NCBI GenBank assembly: GCA_051294905.1
Contig: CM119379.1
Coordinates: 16,244,001 to 16,308,000 of the forward strand
Direction: 5' to 3'
DNA length: 64,000 bases
Origin: Botryllus schlosseri
Taxonomy: Eukaryota
How positions within the stretch are numbered: the stretch's first letter is position 1; each line of letters begins with the position of its first letter. The translations under genes were made by a program, and so were the position numbers. A model generated the notes under the pieces. It was not told the DNA's origin. It saw only the letters and a list, made by a program, of their open reading frames with translations, and did no database searches. This document shows positions 37,469-52,469 of the stretch, piece after piece.

Positions 37469-40400
37469 CAGACGACGTGCCGACGCAGCAGTCACAATTT
37501 CGACTGCTGGTCACGCCTAATTGCCTTCAACCAAGGATGACAAAAGCGGGCGTGTCATCACTAGGGCGAATTTTTTGACATGTTATAGGTAAAAAAATGT
37601 CAAAATTGTTTACAAAGTCAAAATTGTTTTGCAACCTGCATTTCGTTTGTATCGTAGATCTTTGCACTGTCGGTGAACTTATTATTGATATTTCACAGCT
37701 TGTAGCTCAATTTATCGGCCTACCGTTGTAGACGGCCCATTGTCTGCTCATTGTGAATCATAAACGGCCAAATGAAACAAATAGGTTGGCATGGTGTTAT
37801 GCTCAACGTACCGCAATATCCTAGCTGAAGCAAGTCTGCGTGGGCAATGGGCATTCGTTTTTATATCAACAAGCGCATGATGAAAAATTGTGATATAGAC
37901 AAAATCGTCAGAATGAATCAACACGGTGTGTCACTAGCAGTGTACGGACGCACAACCTCGGTGTTGTCAGCCTACAACTGCTCCTGTTGAACGTTCTTTC
38001 TCCATTCTTGACAGGAAGTATCTTTCGTTGTACTACAACCAATTTTAATTAGTTCTCCCATATTTCGTGATGTAACTACTGGAATTCTTCATAGGTCCAG
38101 ATTTAGGTAAAATAAAGTTTTTTTCACGTAAAATTTGTAAGTTTTCAATTCAAAAATGTTTGTTCAGGCCTAACTACTTCGTGATAACAGACAGCTCCAA
38201 CTAGAAATTAAGATAAGTAGTACAATTCTAAGATTTTGTGGGGAAACTCCAAGTTTACATACGTGAGGTCAAAATTAAGTTTTTTAAAGTCCCAAAAACT
38301 CAAAATTGTGATTTGTTAGGTCAAAATCTTCCATTTTTCAGGTAAAAAATATCGCCGTAGTCATCACAAATCATATGTATGAGTTGCGTGAGTGTCTTGT
38401 CTTCCAGGGAACCACTGCTGGTGTAGCCTACTGCGTCATTACAGTACTGCGCATGAGCATAGCAAGTCTAATTCAATCTCCAGAAAACAGCACGAATCTG
38501 GATAGGGTACAGAGTATCGTATGCAATATCACCGTCGTGCATAGGATTTACCAAATATGTCGTATTCCATTGTTCGTGGACGTTGTAATGATTATTCAGC
38601 GCAGTACTGAAACCACAAATGGTTTACTTTATTATGACTCAAAAAGGAGTATGAATCTCTCATTCTTTCAAAGCGATTCGTGACGTTTGAGACCTGTAGG
38701 AAAATGGAACATTAAAAACGCTATTAAATCAAGCTGGCCGTTATGAACCTCGCTTTGTTTTTAGAAATGAACTATATACGTTGACTGAACATTTAAATTG
38801 TAACTTTTTCTGCTTGTCGTTGAAAGTTCCAGGCGCGAACTCGTTTCGTTGCCGTTCGAGCTGTATTTATCTCCTCTGAAAATGTATTTCGACCAATCTC
38901 AAGTTGAAGTAAATTTCGATCTAACAAAGAAATGCTATTAATTAGACGCCGTAGTTAAACTCGAGCAAACATATAACGTCGATAATGATGCCAACTTTCT
39001 GGTGAATTTTGTGTATCTACCGGCGCTAAGCCTTTCATCAGTTTGTTGATTCGTTTGTGTTTACATCAGACTAAATAAATGTTATCCACTTGTAAACGCG
39101 CAGTCAACAAACAAAATCGCTTTAACCAAGTTTCCATGCTACTAAGTGGGGATAATCAAATTTTAATCAGACTAATCGGATCATATCTTGCCGAGAACAA
39201 AGTAGAATTCCTAACTTCATCGCACTGCCTTCTGTTGGGATATAACGATACACAACAAAGTCTGTGACGCATAAATGCCGAGGCGATCACAGCAGTCGCC
39301 CAAATCAGTAGCTTTAAAACGATGTTTGGGACGGACTGCTTGAATTTTTTTTCGATAACACCGCGTCGATAAATGTAACTTCAGTTACGATGGTATATAT
39401 TCCTACGCCGTACCTCGAATTAAATGCTGTGATGTCATCGCGAATATGAAATCTTATCGATGCTGTCTTTGGAATTTCCCATGTCATAACTGTTGATAAT
39501 CTTATGCAACCTTTAGTCCGGTTTTGGTAAGAGAAATAAGGAGATAAGATCCCAGGATATCCCATTCCCTATGGTGTCAGTAGCTTCTCTATCCACCACG
39601 TCGGATTTGCTGTATACTATACCGTATCAAGATAGTCCTATAGGTACCCGTAGTATAATATAGTATCTATACGAAGTATATAGTATGCATAATATATGCG
39701 AAATTATTTTTTATTGTCTGCTTATTGCTGATGATTTACCTTACTCGAAAACCGTTTATTATTAGAGTTCATTTCAATACGAATATATTATTATTCTATA
39801 GTAGATTGATCGTTTTCGTAATTGTATATTGCAAGTAGCACATAACGCAGATTATATTGACATTGTTGAATTATCTCCCAAAGTCCACACGAATCCGTTT
39901 CACCATTATAGGCTCTCCGAAAATGGGCGGTCAGATATTCTTCCCATCGTTTTGGTGTCCAATGCCCAATATATGAAAAGCTGCTGTTTGACTAATAGTT
40001 GTAACTCGTTTGATCATTATGGTTCGCGATGTGTATGCTCTCTTTTATTCTCGGTGGGAAGTCTTCCATTCGCTATTGTTCCGCTGTCTCTTTATCATCA
40101 CCGCCAAATTTTCATTCGTAATAGTTTCGGCTGAAGGCTTTGCATAATCCCGTTAACAACAGTATTGAATAGAATGTAATTCCACAAGCATGTCCAATGT
40201 CCATGTTTTCTATACATGCACGGTCTGATGTGCCATTAAGGTAACGAGGTTTTCATAGTTAACGTACACTGGTCGCCCCGTATTGGCAGATATACGTTGA
40301 GTATGAAACAACGTTTTGTTGTTTTGTTGTATCCGATGTCAAGATTGATACCAGCGATATCTCGTAAACATGTCAAATGCTTTGGAATATGATGATATGC

Positions 40401-43140
40401 CTGGAAACAAAATGGCAAATTATGCTCGAAAAAGATTGTCGGCCCACGAGAGATAATCATATTCTACTCGGACGGCGTCGGGATAATGGGATCACAAACA
40501 ATGCAACAATGATTTCCCACACTTTGGTACTATTTCGGGCAGCCCATACTTTACGCGAGCGCTTATTCCTAGATTAACAACGCCGAACGATACAATTCCA
40601 CCACAACCCCTTATTTGGTCAGTGAATAAACTTCAAATGATAAGGCAAGAGACGGGCCCGAAATACGTGTGTGAAACGCTGAGTCGGACAGCGTCCTTTC
40701 ATGTCGTCCCCTCAAAGAATTATCTCGCGCCTCGCCTTTTGTTCCGTGGCATTCTTCCGTCGTCGGCTACAACAATTCACGCGCCAGACATGTAAGTGGC
40801 CTCTGGCGCCTGCAAAAAGGTGAATGACTGCGGAAGATAATGCTCAGTCCTAGTTAAACCCGTCTTTGCGTGTGTTGAATCCACACCTCCAAATTACCTT
40901 GATCTCACCGTTGATATAACACCCATTGAATAGGCATAAGACGGTCAATAGCGATCGATATCCCCGAGATAAACACGAGCCATAATTCGACGCTAATTTA
41001 CTGCGGAATTGACTTATAGCGACGTGTTGAAATCTTGTCAACGGGGCTTTTCTTCTGTCTGGCATATGATGACGCCTATTCCGCGAAGATTATTCTCACC
41101 TCGCCTTTTTGTTGGCGACTGTAGGTGTCAGTTTTAAGATGTCAGTCATTTTTCTGTGGACAGGGTCAATTACTTGAATAAACAAAAGAATACTGCTTAA
41201 GAAACACGTCCGTGTATCACGTTTCCTTGATCTCCTGAGACAATACGACACTCGTGTTCGTTGTTTTAGCCGCTGAACTGTTTCCTTATCGCTTATGGGC
41301 GACAACAAGGGAAAGGGTAGGCTTAAAACAAAACCTTGTTCAACTATTTATTGTAAGTTTACTTAGTGCTCGCCGTCGCAGTCATATGATACGTAGTGAC
41401 AGGGACTAGGTGTGAAAGAGTAAATGATCTCACTTTAACACCCGATTCCACCAACAAAATCACCTCCATGCACAAATCATTAGCATAAACAGCATTATTC
41501 ATATCTATATACCAATGTGTCCGCTAACTAATGTTATTATAGCCTGAATTGGGTCTGGCAGACTCCCAGAAATTTTGTTCCCGCTTTTATGACATACATG
41601 GTCCTTAATCGATTCCAAAATCATGCGGTATTAGAGTGCGTTATCATTTTTATCTATCTAATCAGTTACACTATCATGCTGGTGAAGTCACAGTGAAAAA
41701 CGAATGACATCACTGGTCCACGGCAATTATTCCAATTCTACGACACGCCAGTTACAAACAATCTTCGCCTACTGGTGTATTGAAAATTATGGAACAGACA
41801 AACCTTTGCGCTTAGTACTTCACCAATATTCGTTTTCACTGAAGAGTGGTTCTGAACACAAGGGCATAGCCATCAGAGGGGGTAAAGAAGAGGTGATTTC
41901 ATTATTGTTTGTTACGTCATAGTGTATAGTGACGTCAATTCATTATTGATTTTTTTTCCGGGACATTTGACAACTGTAGGATTACGAGGTCAATGGGCAT
42001 TACGCACCCTTTACTTCTACATTCTAAACCTTTAGATGCGAAATAAAGAGCATCCCCTAGCGGTCTCAACAAAATTAATTCAGAGTAGAGAAAGGATAAA
42101 GTGATACAATATTCTGGCAAATTCCATTCTTCATGTTTTTGCTGCATCTGTCAATCACAATGTAGTATTGTTATGGTCCTTGGTACTATCACTACTATCT
42201 TAGAAGGTTAAGCGGTTCGTAATTCGAACATTGTAATTAAAGTGTACTATATCTTATCATACCGAACATTCGAGATTTAATGGTGGATCTTCAGAAAACA
42301 TTTACGCCACAATTTAAAAGTCATACTGGAATGCCGTGTAATATAAAAGGTAATATCGCTCTCACGAATGAAGGTCTGTTAGAAGTGTTTAATCTCAGCT
42401 CAAAGAAGCAGTTTCGTGGCGCCTGCGTATGATGTAATCCGACCTCCAATGGGCCCACCTACGAAAAGAGTTTTAAGTGGAAAATATCTAAGATCTAATG
42501 ATCGTTTTGGATTATAGTGGCTGCGATCTACTGTAGCTATCCTCTATTTATAATTTCTAGCATTGTTTCCCAAGTACCGTGTGAGCTTGTTGACTCTGAT
42601 CATGTTTAATTATATGTGTAAATTGCATGCAAAAGTGAGGTGGTTCTATGACGATTGCTTCAAAGTATTATGACTGACACAGTCGGTGAGATACGCGCAC
42701 AAACAACAGCGACTTTGGTGTAATCCGCTCAAGCAGTGCAGGAGAAACATCATTCGGTCACTTCACCTCAGTTTCACTGTTAAATAATTACCTTGATATT
42801 TGGGAAACAACTGACTCTGGAAAACTCTGGAAAACAAATATTGATGTTCACAATATCTGCTACGCTGTGTTCAAGATTGATTTTCAGGCTTCCAATATTT
42901 TTGTCAAGTCGCGTAGACAGTGATGGTTCCATGTCTTCCGCTCAGGCAATCGTATATAATGTACACCGAACCCTATATACCAGTGGATCCCGGTCATTTT
43001 CTTATATTCTCATCCATCCTTTCAAGCTTACGTGCCCCCAAGTTTTTACTGTTGACCGTCAACCAATAATCTACTCTACATGTACGTGAATATATACTAA
43101 TGAAAGCAAGATTCCAGCGGAATAATATGTTAGAAAATGA

Positions 43141-43165
43141 ATATATATATATATATATATATATA
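43141..43165. repeat. (AT)12 microsatellite
   Basis: Direct reading. Confidence 0.95.
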
Positions 43166-43689
43166 ATGTTACATTTAGGAAGCATCACAATATGAGGTTC
43201 AATCGAAAGTAGCTTGCAACAATGACACAAACTCGAAACGAATTTAAGGAGAAGCTTTTATGCAGCAAAACGCCGGATTGTTATCCGTATTTTTATAAAG
43301 CTTTCCGTGTCACGCTGAAAGTTCAAAATGCAACCTTGCGAAGGTGAGTATTGTAGAAAAAGGAATGACAAAGATAATTGGAAAACTATACAAAAATCCA
43401 CATTTTCAACCAATGTAGAAGCAATCGTCATTGCGTTATTTGTGTACCTTCGATTCCATTTATTGTTGGCGATTTCCTATGCTCTCGCGGACTCGTTACA
43501 CACAGGCTGGATTGCGTGCTCCTGCCCAATTAAATACTGATCGAGATTGCTCAAATTCAGGGTCGGTCGGTAGCGAGCGTTAACTGTAACAGGGCTATTA
43601 GATGTCGTTTGTGGTATTCGTGTTGTTTATCAACTGCTATGGTCATTTACACATGGCCAATATTCATCATTTTTTATTCTGTAGAATGT

Positions 43690-43882
43690 AGTACAGCCCA
43701 CTTCTAGGCTTTTATGAGACACCGCTTACCCCTTACACGGATGAGATGGCGAGCAGGCACCTATATTATAGATAAACCTCCAACACTAAGGTATGAATTC
43801 TGGAGTCGACCTCGGTCGGACCAGAACCCGCAATCCATTGGTGTTGAATCTGTGAATTATACCACAACGCTATCTCGCCCCC
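43690..43882 (-). mobile_element. tRNA-derived SINE family 2
   Basis: Minus-strand head GGGGCGAGATAGCGTTGTGGT (A-box-like); body shared with 3515-3660; tail shared with 59646-59691. Confidence 0.55.
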
Positions 43883-44049
43883 CTTGTAGCAGGGTTATAG
43901 GCTATGTCTTACAGGAGCAGGGCCACCTATGTTTTGCTACCACAGGACCCTTGGAGGTAGCAAGTATAGTATAGAGGAATATTTAACGCTGTAACACCAA
44001 TGCGCTACGGGCTCGAGTGTTATCGAGGTCGACTGTTGACGTGTTAGAG

Positions 44050-44719
44050 CAGCGGTTCTTAAACAGGGATCCACGGACCCCTTGGGGGTACGAAGCACCA
44101 AAGTAGGGGTACGAGATGCAGTGTGCAATTATACGTTATTTAATTACCTCGATATTATTGGTAGGAATTCTTCAACTCGAAAATTTTCTTGGCACTTCGT
44201 GCGATTCCCTTTCAAGAGAGTTCTTGTTTGAAATTTGGGTATGCCATTTCCACCGACAAAATAATAGCAGGCTTAATAAAGATTTAACATTAATTACAGA
44301 AATGAGTTCAGACTAGTTTCGCAAGCATTAGATAATGGTGCCTTGAGCTCACTATGGTGCTTTAGTTCAGGGCTGTGAAACCTACTGGAGCGGGACGACC
44401 ACACTCCCTCATTTCGGCCTAATTTCCGCACCAGAGCACCCCAAGATCTGTGATATTTCGGTGCACCGACGGTGGCGATTAGTATTTGTACCCTAAAATC
44501 ACAGCAAATCGGAGAAACCGTCTATATTAATGTCTCCACACGCTGAAATGTCTCCTGTCCCTGAAATCCACATACGTTGTGTTGAAAAACCTATGGGGAC
44601 CCACTATACCAGCCTTTGAGGGTGGCTTGACAAAGTGCTGTTTCGATCCTGAAGGGGCACGAGAAACATTTCATGACAGCTCAAAGGGTTAGGGGCGCTA
44701 AAAAGTTTAAGAAACACCG
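44050..44719. mobile_element. degenerate hAT-type MITE
   Basis: Left end CAGCGGTTCTTAAAC, right end GTTTAAGAAACACCG; TSD TGTTAGAG / TGTCAGAG. Confidence 0.6.
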
Positions 44720-46430
44720 TGTCAGAGGTTTTTCTATAGCCCCCACATCTCCACTCACTTATCAGCTTCTTAGTGGCCTATTGTGAAACTTGCTCGTATC
44801 GTGCTATATGTTCAGTCAAGTTTCTTTTGTCATTTTGCGCCCGACTTCGAGGTGTGTGTTTCATATATTAAAATGTCACATTGTCGATACGAACGTGGGT
44901 GCAGCACCATGGCCGTAATCAACGTATGGCCCCAAACTATTCGGCACCATTATTGCTGAGTCTGCCATTTCCCCAACTGACATTACCAATCCTGAACATA
45001 GCACGTTTTGGGCAGATGCGACGTCGGTAAAACCTTGATCAAAAATGACCGACGCATGTTGGCTTAATCCGAAAATCTTCTGTCCCACAATCAGATGCTG
45101 CTCGTGACGAAATGTCGATTTAGAATAGCATTCGTCTCACAGGAGGAGTTTTCCCCAACAAACTCCAGAAAATTAAACCGGGGCCTACGATATTCGAATA
45201 TCGTATAGACCCCGATTAAACGCACCCGATATATTGAACACTGCGTTTCACCTCTTTTATACGAAGAACTCAAAGTTGTTGGATGCTGTATATAGACTTT
45301 ACAGTGCAATTAGTTCGTTGCAAATGTGCGAATTTGTTTTGATTGTAACGACTTATTCAACGATTTATCAATTTGAACCGTCTTCTTCAGTAACGTGTTT
45401 AGACGTACGAAGCATGGATGTGCCGAAAGGTTTACTAACTGTATGATCATTATAGTTGTATGGATTCGGTTTTGTGAAACCAGATTCGGTGATCTTTGCC
45501 ATCATCCTCTGAGAGATTATAATGCCTTTCAACACGACAAATTTACGTAGTTACGTGTAATGCCATTTTGATTGCAAATAATATATGGATGAGAATAAAA
45601 AAGTATATCTTTCAAAAAACTAATCTTTTAAGTGCTTGGAGTTTACCTAGGGATCTACAAGAGAAGGCAATTTCTCAACATATCAGGCATGTGGACAAGA
45701 CAACACCTTCAACAGGATGGTAATTTATCACTAATTTTATGCTACGCGATAAATTCAAGCGCAAACCTGTCAGAACGCGAATTATCGTTATTGTTTTTAG
45801 ATGTATGTATTTCAAAGGTGTGGATGGCGGGTTGTGAATTCCGTCGCAATGGTAAATACCGCCGGACAATGAAAGGACAATTACTGATAGATTAGACATT
45901 TGGATAGCCATTTTATGTGTTGAATACACATATTATATATCATTGACGATCAAATAATACCGCCGCGACCAATAATGCGCTCCAATGTGGCGCTTATTTG
46001 GTTTCGCCTTAATTTATTAGGCATGTGACTGCATATATGGCTCTATATAAAAATCAGATCTGTACGAGATAAATATGGGAAAACGTCATGAAATATATAT
46101 GGAGTATGCATAGCATGTATTGAATTGCTTTTCCGTCATTAGGAGTTTAATACGGATTCGACTGCTGTCCAACCAGCTATTGATTTCAAAAGGTGCAAAA
46201 TGACATCTGCCAAAATTATCAGTAGCCTACTATTATAATCCTTCTTATTTCTGATGACAGAAGCAGACCTACCACCACCACCACATGCTATAGTCACAAG
46301 ATACGTTCCTTGAAGTATGACATCATATTATATCTCGATATGACACAACGATGCTACAGTTCTTAGAGGACCTTAGCAATATTTCCTCTGCAGACAGATA
46401 TGATCGCATTTGTATCGTGACTACATAGAG

Positions 46431-47302
46431 CAGTGGTTCGGGACATACAATAAGTATCGTATAGGCCCCGAGTGGTTCTTATACTTTAGACCGCGGCCTA
46501 AATCTGAGTTCTGAGTGGTATTTCGTGATCCAAGCCTCACACATCAAAAAGATTGGGTCTTTAATATTAGTTATGTGCTACGTATTTACGGGCATGTCTG
46601 ATGCAGAGAACGCCCAGACAATAATTGTACGCAACGAAGCTCTATGAAACATGTCTGACGCACGTGATTTCAAATTGGGGTGCATTATTTTCCTCTGGGG
46701 TGGAATTTGTACTACTGTCTACTCAGATTGTAAGGACGGGACTATTCGGTCCCGACCATTTCGACGACCAGACATATCAATATCGTAGGTTTTGGCCACC
46801 CAGCGACGGTTAATTTTGGCCAAACTTTTATGGCCGCTGATCTTTTTGGCACCTTACTTTACCCAGTCGTAGGTTGGCCAAAACTCAATGTATTCGTGCA
46901 TCGTTGCACGACAGAAGTTAGCTTCTAAATAACTGTGTCTCATAGTTGCGCACCGGCTCGTTGTATACCCCTCCAATAAAGCATTCCAGCGGTATCTGAC
47001 GGCCTTTTCCAGAGCAATCAATATTGGACAAATGTTAACATGAATTCCAACCAGTTTCGTAATACAGATGTCGGCGCATCTTCATGGTCAAGTATACCAA
47101 CGGCTTCTTCATTTGTTTAGCTTATTGGCTATAGTAACCAACACGGCGATCTAGGATATCTACAAACTAACAACCGTAAATCGCCCGAAGCGCGAATAAC
47201 TTTTTGTTGGACAAATATTTCAAATAATATAATAAACAAATATTACATACATATTAAAAGATCACTCTGGTGTAGTCGCGACCCATACTTTAAGAACCCC
47301 TG
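46431..47302. mobile_element. hAT-type MITE
   Basis: Ends CAGTGGTTC / GAACCCCTG; perfect TSD ACATAGAG. Confidence 0.82.
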
Positions 47303-48984
47303 ACATAGAGAATACAAACATAGACAGTCAAACAGTTATGTTTACATGTACAATTGTACATCCACATACGGATACTTCCACCGTAAGATTGTGGATGGGA
47401 ATTGCTGCCACTGAATTTCGGAGTGTATCTTACTCCGATTCTCAAATTGCAGTATCCACATGGCCTAGTAGTAACCGGGTTAGAAATTTAAATCAGACTT
47501 CATACCCGATTATTGCTGAAATGACATCTCAAATCTTAATAAATATGGCGCTATAGCGGAGAGGTGGTCAGCAACAAACTAGTTCTACTTTTTCGGAGCA
47601 CTCACAGGTTTTTGCCTGTTTGCCGTACTTCTACTACCACTTCGACTTCACGCATTCTTATGCAAACCTGCTTACTTTTTCACTTTCGATTTTGTAAAAT
47701 AAGGTATCTTTCGGAAATTATACCTATTGTAGTGTCATTACTCGCGAAGATGTAACCTGCAATTTAGAAAGGGGCCACATCCGGAAACCTTCTGAAAGCA
47801 TGCGACCCTTCGACCAAATCTACTTTTTGAAACTACTTACTTGAGCACTTTGAAGTCCGTTATTTTCTACTTCCACTTGAAGTAGTCTAGACATGTCTTG
47901 AAAATCTCTATCTCGACTTGTAATTGAGTAAAAATTTACTGCGTTACTGATACGTATACTCGAGTACCAACGCTCTATACGTTGATCGCATCTGCCAATA
48001 AACAAGATCATATTTTTAGTTCAGCAAGGCTATCAATGAATGCCGTTTTAAAAGTTCAAGTCTGCGATGGATAATGCAATGGCACACTGTGCGTATTTTG
48101 ATGGTGAGCCACTGAAACGCAATCAGCATACTGGCAGAATCAATGCTAAGGTGGATCACTAATGAATATTGGGTGCATGATGAGATGGTTAATACGCGCG
48201 GGATAGAGAAAGAGGACATTGGAGGTGAAGTAGCAAACAGAAGTCCTGAAAAATACTCCAGTAACTTGAAAAGGTATATTGGGAGGAGTAGCGGACTCCC
48301 GATGTTAATAAATCAATGTTACATTTTCATGTTACTCACTATGACTATAATGGAGCCACATATTTACAGATTTACACAAATACTACACTCGCCATACAGA
48401 ACTATATGGCGTTGGATCTTTATAACAATTTCATTGAGGAAAGTAATGCGGATCCATCCTTATACATCCTACTTTCTAGTTGAGAAAATCTAGAAGTCAG
48501 TAAAGCTTGACTACAAAAGCAGTTCAAGTGTCTAAAATCTTATCCACTTGAGTAACTAATGAAAGTAATAAAAATCCACTGATTGCAAGTATAGCAGTAA
48601 CAGCATACTTTTGTGCTGAAGAAAATACAAATACTGCCTTGATTTCTATTACAATTATGAAGCACAAATATATTATTAGATGCGCAAAACATGGCTAGGA
48701 GAATTTATCGGCCATCATTTCAGATAGATGCACGACATATGCATGTGGCGAAACTCCCGGAAAAGATACCACACTCCCGTCACTAAACAATTTCATCCCC
48801 TTGGGACCCGAAAAATCATATTGTAGGCGATATGTCATATCGTTATAAAGACCAAAATTAGTATCCCTACTATCATCCAGGATGCAGCAGTGATATTCTC
48901 ATTTGTCCTCTAATATAGTCCGACCGATGAAGGAGGATATTTGTGCAAATTGCATGACATTGTTTCTATTTGAATACAGTTTCA

Positions 48985-49186
48985 AAGATCTTGATATGGT
49001 AGGTCGTGGTTCGATTCCCGGCCGGTCAGACCGAAGACCTCATTAGTAGCATTGGTATTCATGACTTCCCCGCTTGGTGCTCAGCATTATCGGAATAGCA
49101 AAGAGGGGTGGTGCAAGACTTAGAGAGCCGGACAAGGCTATTTCTGCACCTTCCTGGTCCAGCATCATATGCAGAGTGCACATTAT
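48985..49186 (+). mobile_element. tRNA-derived SINE family 1 (MetaSINE-like core), cut by a MITE
   Basis: GGTTCGATTCC B-box, then CCGGTCAGACCGAAGAC...TTGGTATT...GCTTGGTGCTCAGCAT. Confidence 0.65.
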
Positions 49187-49771
49187 CAGGGTTGTAACCA
49201 AGTCACAAGGCTCCGAGTCACAAGTCAATCTCACTTTTATATTTTTGACTCGAGTCAAGTCGAGTCATTTTCAATTCCCACCGAGTCAAGTCCGAGTCCA
49301 AGTCAGCGAACAGAGGATCGAGTCCGAGTCATGGTATTATGACTCGAGTCCGAGTCCAAGTCATTGTGTTGACTGCTCAGTTTCCATTTAAAGTCTTTCT
49401 AAACCCACTTTTTTTAACTCCGTTTGGTGATATTGAATGGTTCGCATTTATGATATATCAATTTTCCTCACTTTCAGCAGTTTCTGGTCGCATTTTCAAG
49501 CACCAGTACCAACAAACGAAATCCCAATAGTGTGTTGGCTTCGAAATTACAATGAAATGTCGGTCTTGGCCGTCTGAATCTCGAGTCAATGACTTGCTTC
49601 GAGTCATGCGCAATGACTCGAGTCCAAGTCGAGTCAATACAAAGATTGACTTGAGTCGAGTCGAGTCATTTCCGTATTTTGAGAAAATGACTCGAGTCGA
49701 GTCTAGTCATCCGAAAATCGTGACTCGAGTCTGACTCGAGTCGAGTCATGACTCGAGTCATTACAACCCTG
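49187..49771. mobile_element. hAT-type MITE with GACTCGAGTC arrays, inserted in a SINE tail region
   Basis: TIR CAGGGTTGTAA / TTACAACCCTG; perfect TSD CACATTAT. Confidence 0.92.
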
Positions 49772-51412
49772 CACATTATGCACTCATGGTATTCATATGC
49801 AGATGCACAGATCGCGTGTACCGTGTATGTCATATCATGAGTCGGTGTATATCCCGCAAAAACATCAAGGACAAAAATAAACAGCGCCCTAGGGTCCTCA
49901 CTTTCACCACGTTTAGGCCTACAGCGAGGTCCGTAGTGCTCTGTCCTGCCTTCAACCCATCTCCGCCATCTAGCGGTGCTATCCATTGAGGAATTACAAG
50001 TTTATTCAATTCAATTCAATATATTGCTAATAATTTCATCATTTCAATACAACACAAGACTTCGATACAATGAAAGATAGGAAGGTGTCGAAACGATTTG
50101 GAGTAATTTTCGAAATATTACAGGTCCGTTGGTTCTATCATTGTTTTGATCAGTTCTGCCAGAAACAAATTGCAGTATTATTAGTAGGCCTACTAGCTTT
50201 GTCGCTATACGTTTCGGCAGATGTGACTCCAATGACACGATGGGACCGAAATACTTCTATGCTGCTCTATGATGAATAATCCAATCATTCCGCTGCCCAA
50301 ATTTGTTTATGAGTAGCCTATATCCTGACAGAGGCTTTCTTCGAAGTATTCTTCAACCCGAAGAAACTGCCTGTTTGATGCTGGTGTTATGTGATCAGAC
50401 TCTAGTTGATCTTCACGGTCGTATCGATCATTCCTATCTGATACCGAATACTGTTCAGTGTTCATGCATATTTTCTGTACCACCATCATTGCCGTCTGTT
50501 TGTTACGTATTTTGGTTGGATGAAACAATAAATACGATCTCTCTCTCTATCTCTCTGCCAAATCATGCATGTACGTACGTGTACGGAGTATAGGGCTAAT
50601 ACCATGCCGACATGCACTGGCGTAGCCAGAATGGGCGAAAGGTTTAGGCCTTTTGAGCATATGTATTCAACTGGAATTTTCCTTCGCGCTTCGCACGATA
50701 TATAGTTTCAGTAGTTTTGTAATTGTTGAGTTATCGCCTATTGATAAATTAAAATTAAAATAGGCCTAAATAAAAATACGCATGATGTATACAAAATTGA
50801 ATCTAACTGTATTCGTGTGCGCTGCTTGGGGTTACGGGACTATTAGGCATCAACTTTTCTGCGCCAAAAGGACACACCAAGGCAGATATGTTTTAGCCAA
50901 CACGAAGTGCGATCCGAGAAAGATCACCGGTGTTAATACCTTGGTCGAAGATCGCGCGGGATAGTCCTTGCAAATAAAGTCCCACGGTACAGCTGCAGGG
51001 AGCAAAGGTAATAAATATTGCGCCACATGAATAAATGAAAATTGGGAATCCAAAGACAAAATTTCTTTTTTATTTATTTGCGGTACGTGTGAGCGATATT
51101 TTGAGTGGCGACAACTTTTTCCGGAGGTCACGGAAAAACAGCATGCATCAACCAAGCAAGTAACTACAAGTGGCCCGTCCGATGCTCATGCTCACCCTCC
51201 AAGAAACTCATGAATAGACTTACCGTGTCGTATGAACATAATATCTCAAGATGGATAATTGCGTGCCTTCTAAATATTTTAGTATTTTTTGTTACAATCA
51301 TTAAACTTGAAATTTTTCTTCGTGCTTGGCGCGATTTAATGTCGCGGTACGTAAATGACGCCGTCGACACCGTAGACATATATATGTCCAATTGTCAGTT
51401 GTTCATATACGT

Positions 51413-51783
51413 TAGGCTTACCATACGTCCTCTTTTTTGACTATTTTGAAAGTGTCCTCGGAGGACGCCCTTTTGTCCTCTTTTTTGAGATTTTGTCCTC
51501 TTTTTTGAAAATTTAGGTCAGATTTAGAGGAAATTGCGAGTGATATGCCGCAAATTAGCGCAGAAGTGAAGCTCCGGCGGGTATTTCGGAGGGAAAAGTG
51601 GTGATTTCAGCTCTGAGCGAAAAGAAGACCTTTTTTTTTTTTTTTTTTTTAGTCATCCACCTAGCTATGTGGAGTGAAAAACGTGTTTTTGAGCCTATTT
51701 TTGAGAATTCTTCTCTAGTTTTGCTTGTCTGAAATTTCTGAAAAAGTGTCCTCTTTTTTCATTTCCGAAATATGGTAAGCCTA
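51413..51783. mobile_element. hAT-type MITE, same family as 5447-5827
   Basis: Perfect 13-bp TIR TAGGCTTACCATA; perfect TSD ATATACGT (51405-51412, 51784-51791). Confidence 0.92.
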
Positions 51784-51924
51784 ATATACGTGCCTATATA
51801 AAAGGTCGGCACCGAATAAGCCTGTCTTGGCGATCTGAGAAAATGCCGCACCCGTGACGAAATGTCAACTTGTAATCGTGTGTGTCTCACGAAAGGTTGT
51901 TCCATTTTGTTTGGATTGGTACAT

Positions 51925-52165
51925 CAGCGAGATAGTGTAATGGTTGTGCGTCCGGCTTGACGGTCGGTGGGTCGTGGGTTCGATCCCCGGCCGGGTCATA
52001 CCGAAGACTCGAAAATTGGTATCCGCAGGTATCATGCTAGGCGCTCAGCAATCACGGATAGAGCATTGAGGAGAAATAAAGCGGGGCCGCAGACCAGATG
52101 ACCTCACGGCCTCGTCGAAGGTGGAGCAGGCGAAAAAGAATATCATATCTCTCTCTCTCTCTGCG
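51925..52165 (+). mobile_element. tRNA-derived SINE family 1 (MetaSINE-like core), most complete copy
   Basis: Head GCGAGATAGTGTAATGG, B-box GGTTCGATCCC, core GGGTCATACCGAAGACTCGAAAATTGGTA...GCTAGGCGCTCAGCA, (CT)n tail. Confidence 0.72.
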
Positions 52166-52469
52166 ATCAGTACGATTCCGCTATATTTCATAAAGCAGGC
52201 GAAATAACAACGCGCAACAGATTACCTCATATCAACAACCCCCTTCGTAGATGTGCAGTTAATTAATTGTATATCATTAACGTGCCCTAAACTTTCGAAG
52301 GCACCGCCTCCCTTGGACGGATCACGTGGGCAATTGCATGATATGCGCCTAGTATTATTGACAAAATTCAGTCAGCTTAGCATCACACCCTTTGCCTAAA
52401 TGACAATGAAGTCGATCGTGACATGACATGGAGGTCTGGGGGACGAAGCCTTTCAAAGGTTCGTTTTAT

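Noticed and set aside
15695-41420. Scattered AGGTGT(C/G)A T-box half-sites as proof of autoregulation
   Set aside because: A handful of degenerate 8-mers in 26 kb is near chance expectation without conservation data.
50000-50240. LINE 3' end suggested by a (TTGAA)3 tail on the minus strand
   Set aside because: No reverse-transcriptase similarity upstream; three units can arise by chance in AT-rich DNA.
51925-52000. tRNA gene
   Set aside because: It has A/B boxes but no complete cloverleaf and runs directly into a SINE body.
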